The notes under the pieces were generated by a model. That model made no database searches, was not told the origin of the DNA, and saw only the letters and a program-made list of their open reading frames with translations. A stretch of DNA of 35,533 nucleotides, from assembly GCA_964502865.1 (NCBI GenBank), contig CAZCXX010000002.1, forward strand, positions 1 to 35,533, read 5' to 3'. Source of the stretch: Candidatus Woesearchaeota archaeon (GTDB lineage Archaea; Nanobdellota; Nanobdellia; Pacearchaeales; GW2011-AR1). Position 1 is the stretch's first letter, and each line of letters opens with the position of its first letter. Shown one piece after another: positions 14,751 through 23,856 of this stretch. The translations under genes and the position numbers were made by a program.

Positions 14751-15302
14751 TTATGAGAAGAATTTCATTGCAATCTGGACACGCTTGCGAGCATCAATGG
14801 TTGCATATCCTCCTTCGTGCTTTTGACCAGTGTATTCAGCAAGCTCCCATTGGTTTATGCCGAGGAGCTGTGCGGTTTTTCCCAATGAAATACCATGCTC
14901 ATAGATGCGAGAGGCTTTATTGATTGATGCTTTGCGGAGCACTTCTTGAATATAGGGTTTAATACTTATGGAGATTGTGGCGAGGGATTTGCGTGCTTGC
15001 TCAAGATACGACTCATAGGCATTTTGGTTATCTTCACGTACTGCTTTAATCGCAAGAACAAACCATCCATCTAACTTCTTTACAAACATGGGCCAATTTT
15101 TAATCTTCTGATGATCATTGCGTTCGATGAGTTTACTGAGTGTGTAGACGAGCACTGCAAGGGCAATGCTCCCTCCATCTTGCACGTACGATGCGCTATG
15201 GATTGTTTGGTTTGAAAGGTCGCGAAGGCGTAGGGGATCACCTTCTGCAACTGCTACGCGCGTGCTTTCGAGAATTTCAATTTGATGCGCGGTCTCTTCC
15301 AT
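14751..15302 (-). CDS. Hypothetical protein with C-terminal helix-turn-helix
   Basis: The 183-aa protein has a C-terminal GISLGKTAQLLGINQWELAEY, which is HTH-like, and forms an operon with the PIN-like gene. Confidence 0.45.
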   Translation of the reverse strand: MEETAHQIEILESTRVAVAEGDPLRLRDLSNQTIHSASYVQDGGSIALAVLVYTLSKLIERNDHQKIKNWPMFVKKLDGWFVLAIKAVREDNQNAYESYLEQARKSLATISISIKPYIQEVLRKASINKASRIYEHGISLGKTAQLLGINQWELAEYTGQKHEGGYATIDARKRVQIAMKFFS

Positions 15303-15336
15303 ACGGAAAAAGGGGGAGGGATGTATATAAAGATTG

Positions 15337-15729
15337 TTAGCTGAGCTGTTTTAAGTAGGTTTTTGCAATCTTTACTACATCTTTTTCAGAGTCGTTCATA
15401 AAATCTTGCAATGTAATAATTACTTGTGTTCTGTATTCACCAGGCTCATGTGCTGCAAGCGCGCATGCTGCGCGGAATCTTATATACGGTGCAGTATCGT
15501 GTAAAAGAGGAACAAGCTTATCTCTAATTTCAGGCCACGCTTCATTATTGATCGGTGCTTTTTCCAGGATCGATGCACCCAGATCACGAAAATTCTCAAT
15601 CTTGCTTGATACCCCTTCATTCCATGCCCAAATTACTGTGCGGCTGTCTTGCGCAAGCGAAGGTATTTCTCTATCGACAATCTTCCAGTTTCCACTTTTC
15701 GCCGCCTTCTTGACCGATTCTAATCCCAT
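15337..15729 (-). CDS. HEAT/armadillo-like repeat protein, hypothetical
   Basis: The 130-aa protein contains LLHDTAPYIRFRAACALAAH, resembling a HEAT-like repeat. Confidence 0.4.
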   Translation of the reverse strand: MGLESVKKAAKSGNWKIVDREIPSLAQDSRTVIWAWNEGVSSKIENFRDLGASILEKAPINNEAWPEIRDKLVPLLHDTAPYIRFRAACALAAHEPGEYRTQVIITLQDFMNDSEKDVVKIAKTYLKQLS

Positions 15730-15790
15730 ATTTGCTAGAGTATCGGCATGTTTTTATACTTTGTGCGCTTTTATTAAAGAGGCAGTTTAT

Positions 15791-16156
15791 ATGGAAGTTT
15801 TACTCGATAGCAATTTTATTGTTGCATGTGTAAAGAAGAATATAGATTTTATGGAGGAACTCGCAGGTTTAGGTTTCCGCGTTGTGGTTCCACGTGAAGT
15901 CGTCGAGGAATTAAAAGACTTACGATTAAATGTTTCGCACAATGATCGTGCCGCGATCGACATTGCGCTCGCTCGATTTGCATCAGAGAAATTTGAAAAG
16001 GCAAAGCTTGGCAAAAGAACAGTTGATGAGGGGCTCATTGCAAAAGGGAAGCAAGGTGCTTACATTGCAACTCTTGATGCTGCTATAAAAAGAGTTGTGC
16101 CCAATAGAGTTACCATTTCTGCTTCACAGAATGCGCTGCAGATTGAGCGACAATAA
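15791..16156 (+). CDS. PIN-domain protein, Fcf1/Utp24-like
   Basis: I prefer the internal start MEVLLDSNF at ATG 15791 (the ORF track starts at 15548 but overlaps the antisense gene). Motifs VLLDSNF, VPREVVEELKDL and YIATLD fit archaeal Fcf1-type PINs. TATA-like boxes lie at 15752-15778. Confidence 0.7.
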   Translation: MEVLLDSNFIVACVKKNIDFMEELAGLGFRVVVPREVVEELKDLRLNVSHNDRAAIDIALARFASEKFEKAKLGKRTVDEGLIAKGKQGAYIATLDAAIKRVVPNRVTISASQNALQIERQ

Positions 16157-16206
16157 GTTTTTTGTCACGAAATGATTATAAAGCTGCTTTCTTCAGTGGG
16201 AGCGGT

Positions 16207-18228
16207 ATGAAAAAGAGATTGTCATTTAATGCTCAGGGAAAGCTTATTGGTGTTGATGGGGCATGGAATGGACAGGGTGGAGAGCGCGAGGAGGAACTTG
16301 AGGCTCCTGAGCAATTGAAACGATCCGAACATTTGAGTTTTTTACAGCAGCGAGAGTTACGAGAGTCTTCGGGTGAGGAGGGAGGGTGGAGCTTAAACTG
16401 CGATGGCAAAAAGCTTGCACCTTTGCAATTTTCTAATGGGAAGACACAAGAAGATGTTGTTAACGAAGTTATAACTTTGATCGAGCAGGGGAGTAAAATC
16501 GTGTTTATTCATGGCGTATGCGGTACGGGCAAATCCGCTATTGCGCTCAATATAGCCCGTCGCTTAGGCAAGGCATCTATTGTGGTACCTGTAAAAGGTT
16601 TGCAGCATCAATATGAAAGCGATTATACCACTAAGAAATATCTTGTTAAACCAGATGGGCATCGCTTAAGTATTGCAATGATCACCGGGCGTGAAAATCA
16701 CGACTCTCTTATTAAACCGGGAGTGAGTTGCGCGGATCCGTTCCTACCAGATACTATCAAGATCGCTGAAAAGAACTTTGGTCTTCTTCGTGAGTATTAT
16801 TTAGAAAATCCACTTATTTCAAACAAGGTTGAACCTACTGCAAAACAATTGAGACGTATCTCTATTGCTCCTGCAAATCCGTATTGGAGCCCCATTGCTC
16901 CTGCAGAGTTTGAATTGCCGCTTAAGGATGCCCGTAAAAAGGTATACCGGGGATTAGCTGGTAAGAAGTTTATCTTTTACCATCGGCAAGAGGGATGCTC
17001 TTATTATGATCAGTATCAAGCCTATATTGATGCAGATGTTATAATTTTTAATGCTGCAAAATTCTTAATCGAAACGGCTCTTGATCGGCGACCTGAGACA
17101 CGGGTCGATATTATTGATGAGGCAGATGAATTTCTTGATAGTTTCTCAACACAAGAGGAGTTAAACTTGAGTCGCTTAGTAAACGCACTAGGGTTGCTTC
17201 ATCCTGAGCGCTTGGATGTACGTGATGATGTTGATGCAATCATTGAACTTATTAAACTTGAAGAGAAAAATAAGCAGGCGCTCGGCATTGATGAAGGGCA
17301 GATATTTGAAAGCAAGGAGACGAAAATTCCTCGTATTGTCTCATTGCTACTTAAGTCTCCCGAGCTTGCTGCTGAAATTGCGCTCGATGAATTGAACTAT
17401 GCAAACATGGCTCTGGATGTTGCTGCTGCGTTTGAAGATTTTATGGATGATACATATGTCACTTATCAAAAGAAGGATGCCGACTTGTTTGTTCATCTGG
17501 TAACAACTAACTTGTCGAAAAAATTCGCGGGCTTACGAGAAAAAAGCAATGCCATGGTTTTAATGTCTGGAACATTACATTCTCCAGAAGTATTACGTGA
17601 AGTTTTTGGCGTCAACGATTTTCATGTCGTAGAAGCAGAAACGTTGCAACAGGGAACAGTTGAAATTCATCGTACAGGAAAAGAGATGGACTGTCGATAC
17701 TCACAACGGACCATTAATAAAGAGTTTCGAGAGCAGTATCTGCGAGCTCTCGAGAGTACGCTCGCACGTGCACGGAAACCGGCACTTATTCACGTACAAA
17801 CGTTTGATGATTTGCCTGCGGAATATGAGATTGCGCTTTATGGTCTTTCTGGGTTGATGACGCGGGAACAGCTCCAGCTTCTGCAAAGGCAGGACAAAAC
17901 AGGGAAACAGATTGCACGGTTTAAAGCAAAAGAAATTGATCAGCTATTTACCACTAAGTGTGGACGAGGAGTTGATTTTCCCGGAGAGATGTGCAATTCT
18001 GTTGTTTACACTAAATATCCCAACCCGAACGTAAGCGGTATTTTCTGGCAAGTGCTCAAGCGAACTCATGAAAAATATTTCTGGGACTTTTATCGGGATA
18101 AGGCGCGGCGAGAGTTTTTACAACGATTCTATCGTGCAATTCGATCAAAAGAAGATCATGTTTTTGTTTTGTCGCCGGACATTCGGGTTATAGAGGCAGT
18201 GAGGGATTTGCAGGGCGTGACTAGGTAA
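16207..18228 (+). CDS. Superfamily-2 DNA helicase, XPD/Rad3/DinG-like but without an obvious 4-Cys Fe-S cluster
   Basis: Walker A GVCGTGKS, motif II IIDEADEF, MSGTL, and the C-terminal TKCGRGVDFPGE...VVYTKYP typical of the Rad3-type helicase C-domain. I prefer ATG 16207 to the TTG at 16162. Confidence 0.7.
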   Translation: MKKRLSFNAQGKLIGVDGAWNGQGGEREEELEAPEQLKRSEHLSFLQQRELRESSGEEGGWSLNCDGKKLAPLQFSNGKTQEDVVNEVITLIEQGSKIVFIHGVCGTGKSAIALNIARRLGKASIVVPVKGLQHQYESDYTTKKYLVKPDGHRLSIAMITGRENHDSLIKPGVSCADPFLPDTIKIAEKNFGLLREYYLENPLISNKVEPTAKQLRRISIAPANPYWSPIAPAEFELPLKDARKKVYRGLAGKKFIFYHRQEGCSYYDQYQAYIDADVIIFNAAKFLIETALDRRPETRVDIIDEADEFLDSFSTQEELNLSRLVNALGLLHPERLDVRDDVDAIIELIKLEEKNKQALGIDEGQIFESKETKIPRIVSLLLKSPELAAEIALDELNYANMALDVAAAFEDFMDDTYVTYQKKDADLFVHLVTTNLSKKFAGLREKSNAMVLMSGTLHSPEVLREVFGVNDFHVVEAETLQQGTVEIHRTGKEMDCRYSQRTINKEFREQYLRALESTLARARKPALIHVQTFDDLPAEYEIALYGLSGLMTREQLQLLQRQDKTGKQIARFKAKEIDQLFTTKCGRGVDFPGEMCNSVVYTKYPNPNVSGIFWQVLKRTHEKYFWDFYRDKARREFLQRFYRAIRSKEDHVFVLSPDIRVIEAVRDLQGVTR

Positions 18229-18229
18229 C

Positions 18230-18304
18230 CTATAGTGGAAGATCTAAGTCCTTCCCCTAATAGCAGACGACAAACTGGGGAGAAACTAATGTCGTCTGCT
18301 ATAT
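18230..18304 (+). repeat. Hairpin-repeat family A, copy 2 (short form)
   Basis: CTATAGTGGAAGATCTAAGTCCTTCCCCTAATAGCAGACGACA-AACTGGGGAGAAACTAA-TGTCGTCTGCTATA. It starts 2 nt after the helicase stop. Confidence 0.9.
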
Positions 18305-18348
18305 TCAAGGGGCGCAGTGAATCGATACTGAGAAAGGCTTTTCTCTAA

Positions 18349-18413
18349 TAAAGAATCCCAGTCGCAGCAAGCTGCGGAGTATGGACTCAGTTTGAGCAAT
18401 CGAGTAAAGAATA
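18349..18413 (+). repeat. Repeat family D copy
   Basis: TAAAGAATCCCAGTCGCAGCAAGCTGCGGAGTATGGACTCAGTTTGAGCAATCGAGTAAAGAAT. It shares segments, in permuted order, with 13967..14026, and shares the core plus GAGTAT(T)GGACTCA with 13454..13481. Confidence 0.7.
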
Positions 18414-18460
18414 CGTTTAAATAAGCCGTTAGCGTAGGAGTTCTGCAAGGAGGTGAATAA

Positions 18461-18694
18461 ATGGTACGTGAAAAAACTGTAGCACAAACCGGTCGCGCGC
18501 TCGCTACGTTAGTAGCTATTGCAATGTGGCTTACCGGTATTATTGTAGCGTTGGCCGTTGGTTTTGGCATGACTTCCGGCGCTTTGAGCATTCCTTGGTT
18601 GCCTGATGTCATTACAATGGCAGCAGGTTGGATTGTGGTTATTTTGACGATTGTCGGTATTGTGCTTGCGATTATTGATCGCGTAACTGCATAA
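18461..18694 (+). CDS. Small membrane protein (2-3 TM helices)
   Basis: The 77-aa ORF is hydrophobic. AAGGAGGTG lies 6 nt upstream of the ATG. Confidence 0.55.
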   Translation: MVREKTVAQTGRALATLVAIAMWLTGIIVALAVGFGMTSGALSIPWLPDVITMAAGWIVVILTIVGIVLAIIDRVTA

Positions 18695-18775
18695 AACTGC
18701 TTGACTTTTACTTTTTTGTTTTTTATTATGCGACACCCGGGTAAAGTTTAAAAAGGTGATGTGGTTCAAGAAGGT

Positions 18776-19183
18776 ATGGTGGCACAGTCATTACGAAAGG
18801 TAGGTGAGCGATCTAGCGATGTTGCGTATGCACTCTTCCGTATTCTTGTTGGGCTCATGTTCTTCCAACATGGTGCCCAGAAGCTATTTGGCTGGTTCGG
18901 TGGGAAGGCGGTAACTGAACTCGCGAGCTTAATGGGTGCTGCAGGAGTTATTGAGTTCTTTGGGGGACTTTTGATTGCTCTTGGATTGTTCACTCGCTCA
19001 ACTGCCCTCGTTGCAGGCGTTGAAATGTTATATGCGTTCATTGTTGTACATAGCATTGGAAACAAGACCGTTATACCAATCGTAAATAATGGCGAACTTG
19101 CATTGCTTTATTTTGCAACTTTCTTGGTGCTTATGACGTACGGTCCAGGCATTTGGAGTTTGAGTCGTGCTCTGAAGAAGTAA
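18776..19183 (+). CDS. DoxX-family membrane protein
   Basis: FRILVGLMFFQHGAQKLFGWFGG is the DoxX signature, and four TM helices are predicted. I prefer ATG 18776 to the GTG at 18761. Confidence 0.7.
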   Translation: MVAQSLRKVGERSSDVAYALFRILVGLMFFQHGAQKLFGWFGGKAVTELASLMGAAGVIEFFGGLLIALGLFTRSTALVAGVEMLYAFIVVHSIGNKTVIPIVNNGELALLYFATFLVLMTYGPGIWSLSRALKK

Positions 19184-19236
19184 GGGATTGCCTTCTTTTC
19201 CATAATCTTTTTAATACATCATATGCTTGTACATCA

Positions 19237-20280
19237 ATGAAGCGAGTGGTGATTATTGGTGGCGGATTTGCTGGTACACTCATTGCAAAAAAATTACAAT
19301 CTCATTTTGCGGTTACACTTATCGACAGTAAAAACTATTTCGAGTTTACTCCAGGGATTTTAAGAACTATTGTTGAACCAGCACATTGGAAACATATACG
19401 CGTGCTTCATCGGCAGTATTTGAAAAGAACTAAACTTGTCCTTGGCATTGTTTCCAGCGTGGCAGAACATGATGTGCGCATTGGAAAACATCACTTGCCT
19501 TTTGATTACTTAGTTATTTGCTCTGGGTCAAGCTATAACTCGCCTATCAAAGAGCAACATGTCGTGCTGCCAGTGCGTGCGAGACATTTAATCGATGCTC
19601 ATCGAAGGCTCGAGAAGGCAGCGCGAGTGCTCATTATTGGCGGAGGGCTCGTCGGCGTTGAGCTTGCCGCAGAGATCATTACGCACTATCCCAATAAGGC
19701 GGTAAGCATTGTCCACCCATACCAATTTTTGATTGAGCGTAACCATTTGAAATCTAGAATATATGCTGCAGCCTTCTTAAAAAAGCGAGGAGTGGATATT
19801 ATTTATTGTGATAGAGTGAAGAGGAATGAGCATGGTGCATTTGTGACTGAACAAGGGAGAACATTACATGCAGATATTACATTTTTGTGTACCGGCATTA
19901 CTCCTAATTTTTCGTTTCTCGATGGTACTTTTAAACATGTTTTGAATGAACGAAATCAAGTTCGAATTAACCAGCATTTACAAGTTAAGGATTTTGAGCA
20001 TATTTTTGCTGCAGGAGATATTACTGACAGTGTTGTGGAAAAAACTGCACAAAATGCGGAAAAACAAGCAGCTGTTGTCGCGGCTAATATTCGCGCACTT
20101 GAGCGCGGAGAGGTATTGCGTTCGTATGCTCCACGCCGAACCTCACAAGTTATCAGCTTAGGAAAATGGGACGGTATTTTTGAAGTGGGGGAACATATCA
20201 TTACCGGTCTAGTTCCTGCGTATATGAAATCAGCGATTGAAAGACGAGAGATGTGGCGGCGCGGGTGCTTGTTTAGATAA
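19237..20280 (+). CDS. FAD-dependent pyridine nucleotide-disulfide oxidoreductase (NDH-2 / AIF-like)
   Basis: I prefer the start MKRVVIIGGGFAGT at ATG 19237. A second dinucleotide fold is VLIIGGGLVGVELAAE, and the C-terminal region has FAAGDIT. Confidence 0.8.
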   Translation: MKRVVIIGGGFAGTLIAKKLQSHFAVTLIDSKNYFEFTPGILRTIVEPAHWKHIRVLHRQYLKRTKLVLGIVSSVAEHDVRIGKHHLPFDYLVICSGSSYNSPIKEQHVVLPVRARHLIDAHRRLEKAARVLIIGGGLVGVELAAEIITHYPNKAVSIVHPYQFLIERNHLKSRIYAAAFLKKRGVDIIYCDRVKRNEHGAFVTEQGRTLHADITFLCTGITPNFSFLDGTFKHVLNERNQVRINQHLQVKDFEHIFAAGDITDSVVEKTAQNAEKQAAVVAANIRALERGEVLRSYAPRRTSQVISLGKWDGIFEVGEHIITGLVPAYMKSAIERREMWRRGCLFR

Positions 20281-21646
20281 AATTCTCGCTGGTGAGTACT
20301 TGTTCAAGCTCTTGTATTGCATTATCGGGCTTTTGATTGCTCTCGAGCGTATACTCCCAAAGCCGGTTTGCCTGCCCATCAAAAACCGCGATTCTATTCC
20401 AATCAAGCTCAATTCTTCCCCCATTTCTGAGCCCCTTGTTTTTGTAGGTGGCTGCTTTTCCTTTTACTGCAGCGATTGTTTGTGGAGGCGCATGCATTGC
20501 ATTTATGATTTCTTCTTCAGTAATCCAACGCTCGATCCAACCGTCATTATCCTGAATTTGATAAAATAAGCCCCCACTATCTATGCGGTGGTAATCCAGC
20601 CCAATACTTTGTATGAGTGCGCTTCCCGTATCTAGACCCGTATCTGTCATGTACTGTTCTATGAGGTATTTTTTTGTCACCCAGTCAAGTCTTCCTGCTA
20701 GTGCATACGGATCTTCTTTAATTCGTGCAAGGAGTTTGACCGTTTCTTCAAAACAATCGATAACGCTGTCTCTGAACGCATTTTGACCATAGAGTTCGCC
20801 CTTTATTGCCGAACAATACTTCTTGTAAACATCTGTCAGCCTTCTGTACTCTACAGGAGTTCCTTCCAGTGACCATTCAGCTTGCTGTTCTGAAAGAGAA
20901 TACATATCACTTACAGCTTTCTGCGTATCGTAAGGTATATGGGGAAGCAAATTGGCTTCAGCAAGATCAAGCATACATCTCCATAACTCTGTTTTTAAGA
21001 CAACCGCACTTTCACACATATTTCCATCGTTGCTAATATGATGAAACCGTTTCCAGGGTGCAAAATCTCCTTGATCGCGAAGATTAAGAAGTGCACGCCG
21101 TTGTGTTGTACAGTTTGAGAACGGTTCGAGAATGAACGGTCGTCGCTGGAGCAAATCATAACGTCCATTTAGATAATGGTATCCTGCGCCGGTAATCACT
21201 TTTTCAATAACTGACCAGAGTAAGAGGGGTGCTCGCGCTTCTTCTGAAGCAACAATCGTGGTACTGAAATTGAGATGACTTCCAAATGAAACTTTTGCAT
21301 CCCTATTTGTTTTGTATACCATCGGATTAAGATTTTTATCAATGAGCGTGAAGATTTGTTGTTCCATCGCTTTTTCATATCTTAGTAGGTCGAGGGTATT
21401 ATCAACAATTGGCGTGCATCCTTCAAGATGTTTTAAATCAATGTATGTTTCCCCTCCATTTTCGAAATAATGACGGCCCTTAATGAGATCTTGCAGATAT
21501 TCATCTCGCTTTTCGTCATCTTCTATTGCATTTAAGATTACTGCAAATTCGTGCTCAATGCCGCACAATCTATTTTCTAGTACACTTTCTTTTCTTTCAT
21601 GCTTTTGCTGTCTTTGTTTTAGAAGTTCTATTATTCTTTCTTTCAT
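20273..21646 (-). CDS. PafA/Dop-family carboxylate-amine ligase homolog (Pup-ligase-like)
   Basis: By-eye motif matches to M. tuberculosis PafA along the whole length: GIEHEFAV, NGGETYIDLKHLEG, YKTNRDAKVSFGSHLNF, ITGAGY, LLQRRPFI, LNLRDQGDFAPWKRFHHISNDGNMCE, LDWVTKKYL, LDYHRI, HAPPQTIAA, ELDWNRI. At about 457 aa it is PafA-sized and has no Dop-type loop. I prefer ATG 21644-21646 to the TTG at 21652. Confidence 0.8.
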   Translation of the reverse strand: MKERIIELLKQRQQKHERKESVLENRLCGIEHEFAVILNAIEDDEKRDEYLQDLIKGRHYFENGGETYIDLKHLEGCTPIVDNTLDLLRYEKAMEQQIFTLIDKNLNPMVYKTNRDAKVSFGSHLNFSTTIVASEEARAPLLLWSVIEKVITGAGYHYLNGRYDLLQRRPFILEPFSNCTTQRRALLNLRDQGDFAPWKRFHHISNDGNMCESAVVLKTELWRCMLDLAEANLLPHIPYDTQKAVSDMYSLSEQQAEWSLEGTPVEYRRLTDVYKKYCSAIKGELYGQNAFRDSVIDCFEETVKLLARIKEDPYALAGRLDWVTKKYLIEQYMTDTGLDTGSALIQSIGLDYHRIDSGGLFYQIQDNDGWIERWITEEEIINAMHAPPQTIAAVKGKAATYKNKGLRNGGRIELDWNRIAVFDGQANRLWEYTLESNQKPDNAIQELEQVLTSENFI

Positions 21647-21673
21647 GCTCAACAGGAAAGGGAAAAGGGGTTT

Positions 21674-22504
21674 TTATGGGTTGCTGTTTTTCTTGCTGTT
21701 CACTACTGAAGACTTTTGTATTTTTACGCTAGAAGCTCTCGTATCCTTTTTTTCAGAAGCGATATGCACATTAATCGTATGTTCCGGAATGGAAAACTTA
21801 CTTGCATGGGGCGAAAGGGGAACATTATCATGGATCAACTCTTCATACACTCTTCCGGTTAGTATCTCAATTCCGTTGTCTCGAGTCAAGAGTGTTACCG
21901 GCTGAGTATAGGCACGCACGAACGCGGTTGCAACCAAGTGCCGATCTGTTTCAAGTTTTTCTCCTAGATTTACCCTACCCCCTCTTTCTTCTTTTGCTCG
22001 ACGCTTATCAAGCATGAGGTCAAATGATTTTTCACGTGCAATATCCATAAAATCATTATATTTTGCTTGTTCGTCGTATGTACCGGGCGTTTTACTACAC
22101 GCCTGGAGTTTTTTAATGAACCGAAAGAGCGCAACATTATATGAGGTGATGCAATCAAGCACGCTTCGGTAATATTGTATTTCATCATCAGGGTATTCTT
22201 GGATATACTCGCGCAATTCGCTTGTAAGGTGTAACTGTCTATCATTGAGCGTTTTTAAGTGATATCTTATTTCAGTACACACTTGAGGAATGGTAATGAC
22301 TTCCTGTGCATCTATGAGTCGTGAGAGCTCTTGCAGGCGTTCAAAACGACGCGTGATGAGTTCCAGGTCAAGCGTTTCAAAACATGCCAATCCCTCATAC
22401 AGGAGCGTCGCGAATTGCGTATTTTCGTGAGGGGTAATTACTGAAGTGTCTATAAGTATGACGTCTCCATTCACTTTTTCTTCGAGATCGGCTTTCAGTC
22501 CCAT
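21674..22504 (-). CDS. PIN-like nuclease domain split by an approximately 100-aa helical insertion, hypothetical
   Basis: VILIDTSVI (first Asp), QVCTEIRYHL (Glu), TDRHLVATAF and LLTRDNGI (third and fourth Asp) follow the PIN pattern. The C-terminal tail is Lys/Ser-rich. The gene lies 27 nt upstream of the PafA-like gene on the same strand. Confidence 0.5.
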   Translation of the reverse strand: MGLKADLEEKVNGDVILIDTSVITPHENTQFATLLYEGLACFETLDLELITRRFERLQELSRLIDAQEVITIPQVCTEIRYHLKTLNDRQLHLTSELREYIQEYPDDEIQYYRSVLDCITSYNVALFRFIKKLQACSKTPGTYDEQAKYNDFMDIAREKSFDLMLDKRRAKEERGGRVNLGEKLETDRHLVATAFVRAYTQPVTLLTRDNGIEILTGRVYEELIHDNVPLSPHASKFSIPEHTINVHIASEKKDTRASSVKIQKSSVVNSKKNSNP

Positions 22505-22561
22505 CAATAGGAAACAAACAATCTCTTTTTAAATCTTTTTATATTAGTAACTACCTAGTGG

Positions 22562-23836
22562 TTACTGCTTGTTGATTTTATTCTTACCGAACATATAGGG
22601 CACAAGAACAGGGGGAATCAGGACAGAGCCATCTTTCTGCTGGAAGTTCTCGAGAATGGCGACCATTGCGCGGGAGGTTGCAATTGCCGTATTGTTCAGA
22701 GTATGGGGAGTGTAGCGTGTTTTGCCATCGACGCGAATTTTTAGGAGTTTTGCTTGCGCTTCGGTAAGATTCGAACACGAGCCGACTTCGAAATATTCTT
22801 CTTTCCGTGGTGACCACGCTTCGATATCGACTTGGATATGCTTGAGGTCGCTCAAGTTGCCAGAACAAATTGCAAGAACGCGCAACGGCAAACCGAGCGA
22901 GGTAAATATCTCAATTGTAATTTCTTTCATGCATTCGAAGAATTTCATGGAGTCTTCTGGTTTACAGATGACAATCATCTCAATCTTGTTAAATTGATGA
23001 GTTCGGAAGAGCCCCTTTTCATCAATTCCGTGGCTGCCAACTTCCTTGCGGAAACACATTGAGTAGCTTGTCTGCTTGATTGGAAGCTGCTTTTCTGGAA
23101 GGATTGTGTCAATGTAGCGGCCAATGAGGGCATGCTCACTTGTTCCAATAAGATAGAGATTTTCGTCTTGGATTTTATAAATTTGGTTTTTCTGGTCGTG
23201 CAGATCCGTTACGTTTTTGATTATCTTGTCTTGTACCATAAGTGGTGTTTCTACATAGAGAAACCCTTTTTTAACCATGGTCTCAATTGCAAACCTCAGG
23301 ATTGCTTGATTGAGAAGTGCAAGGTCTCCCTGCATGTAATAAAACCCATTGCCAGACGTTTGCGCTGATGCGTTAAAATCAAGCATCCCGAGAGACTCGC
23401 CAATTTCGACGTGACTTTTAATGGGAAAGTTGAACTTTGGCTTTTTCCCATATGTCTTAATCTCTACATTTTGAGAAGCGTCTTTTCCGATTGGAACCGA
23501 GGCGTGCATGACGTTCGGAAGGTTAACTAGCATTGCCTGTACGACGTCTTCAAGCGCTTGCGCTTTTCTTTCAACGCCATCAATCTGATCAGGGATTTTC
23601 TGTGCTTTTTTTAAGACTGCGTCAGCATTCTTTCCTGCTTTTTTGAGCAAACCCACTTCTTTAGAGAGTTTGTTTCGTTCTGCGCGGAGAGTATCTGCTT
23701 CGCCTTTTAATTTTCGCCATTCTGCATCTTTCTTGAGCGCTTCTTCTACAATCTTAAGCTTATCGTTCTGGAACTTTTTTTTAACTGTTTCACGAATAAG
23801 GTCAGGGTTTTCACGGAGGAACTTTATGTCGATCAT
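22562..23836 (-). CDS. serS: Serine--tRNA ligase
   Basis: The 424-aa protein has an N-terminal coiled-coil arm (MIDIKFLRENPDLIRE...) and a class II core (FRKE..GSHG..GLFRTHQF, GSCSN). Confidence 0.95.
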   Translation of the reverse strand: MIDIKFLRENPDLIRETVKKKFQNDKLKIVEEALKKDAEWRKLKGEADTLRAERNKLSKEVGLLKKAGKNADAVLKKAQKIPDQIDGVERKAQALEDVVQAMLVNLPNVMHASVPIGKDASQNVEIKTYGKKPKFNFPIKSHVEIGESLGMLDFNASAQTSGNGFYYMQGDLALLNQAILRFAIETMVKKGFLYVETPLMVQDKIIKNVTDLHDQKNQIYKIQDENLYLIGTSEHALIGRYIDTILPEKQLPIKQTSYSMCFRKEVGSHGIDEKGLFRTHQFNKIEMIVICKPEDSMKFFECMKEITIEIFTSLGLPLRVLAICSGNLSDLKHIQVDIEAWSPRKEEYFEVGSCSNLTEAQAKLLKIRVDGKTRYTPHTLNNTAIATSRAMVAILENFQQKDGSVLIPPVLVPYMFGKNKINKQ

Positions 23837-23856
23837 GATTAGGGAAGAGCGGAGGC

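Noticed and set aside
15548-15790. The N-terminal 81 codons of ORF 15548..16156
   Set aside because: This part is antisense to the HEAT-like gene. The PIN domain begins at the internal ATG 15791, which has TATA-like boxes upstream.
20273-22562. A Pup-like small gene (C-terminal GGQ/GGE) next to the PafA-like gene
   Set aside because: The spacers are only 27 and 55 nt. I could not see such an ORF by eye on either strand. Its absence from the wider genome cannot be judged from this window.
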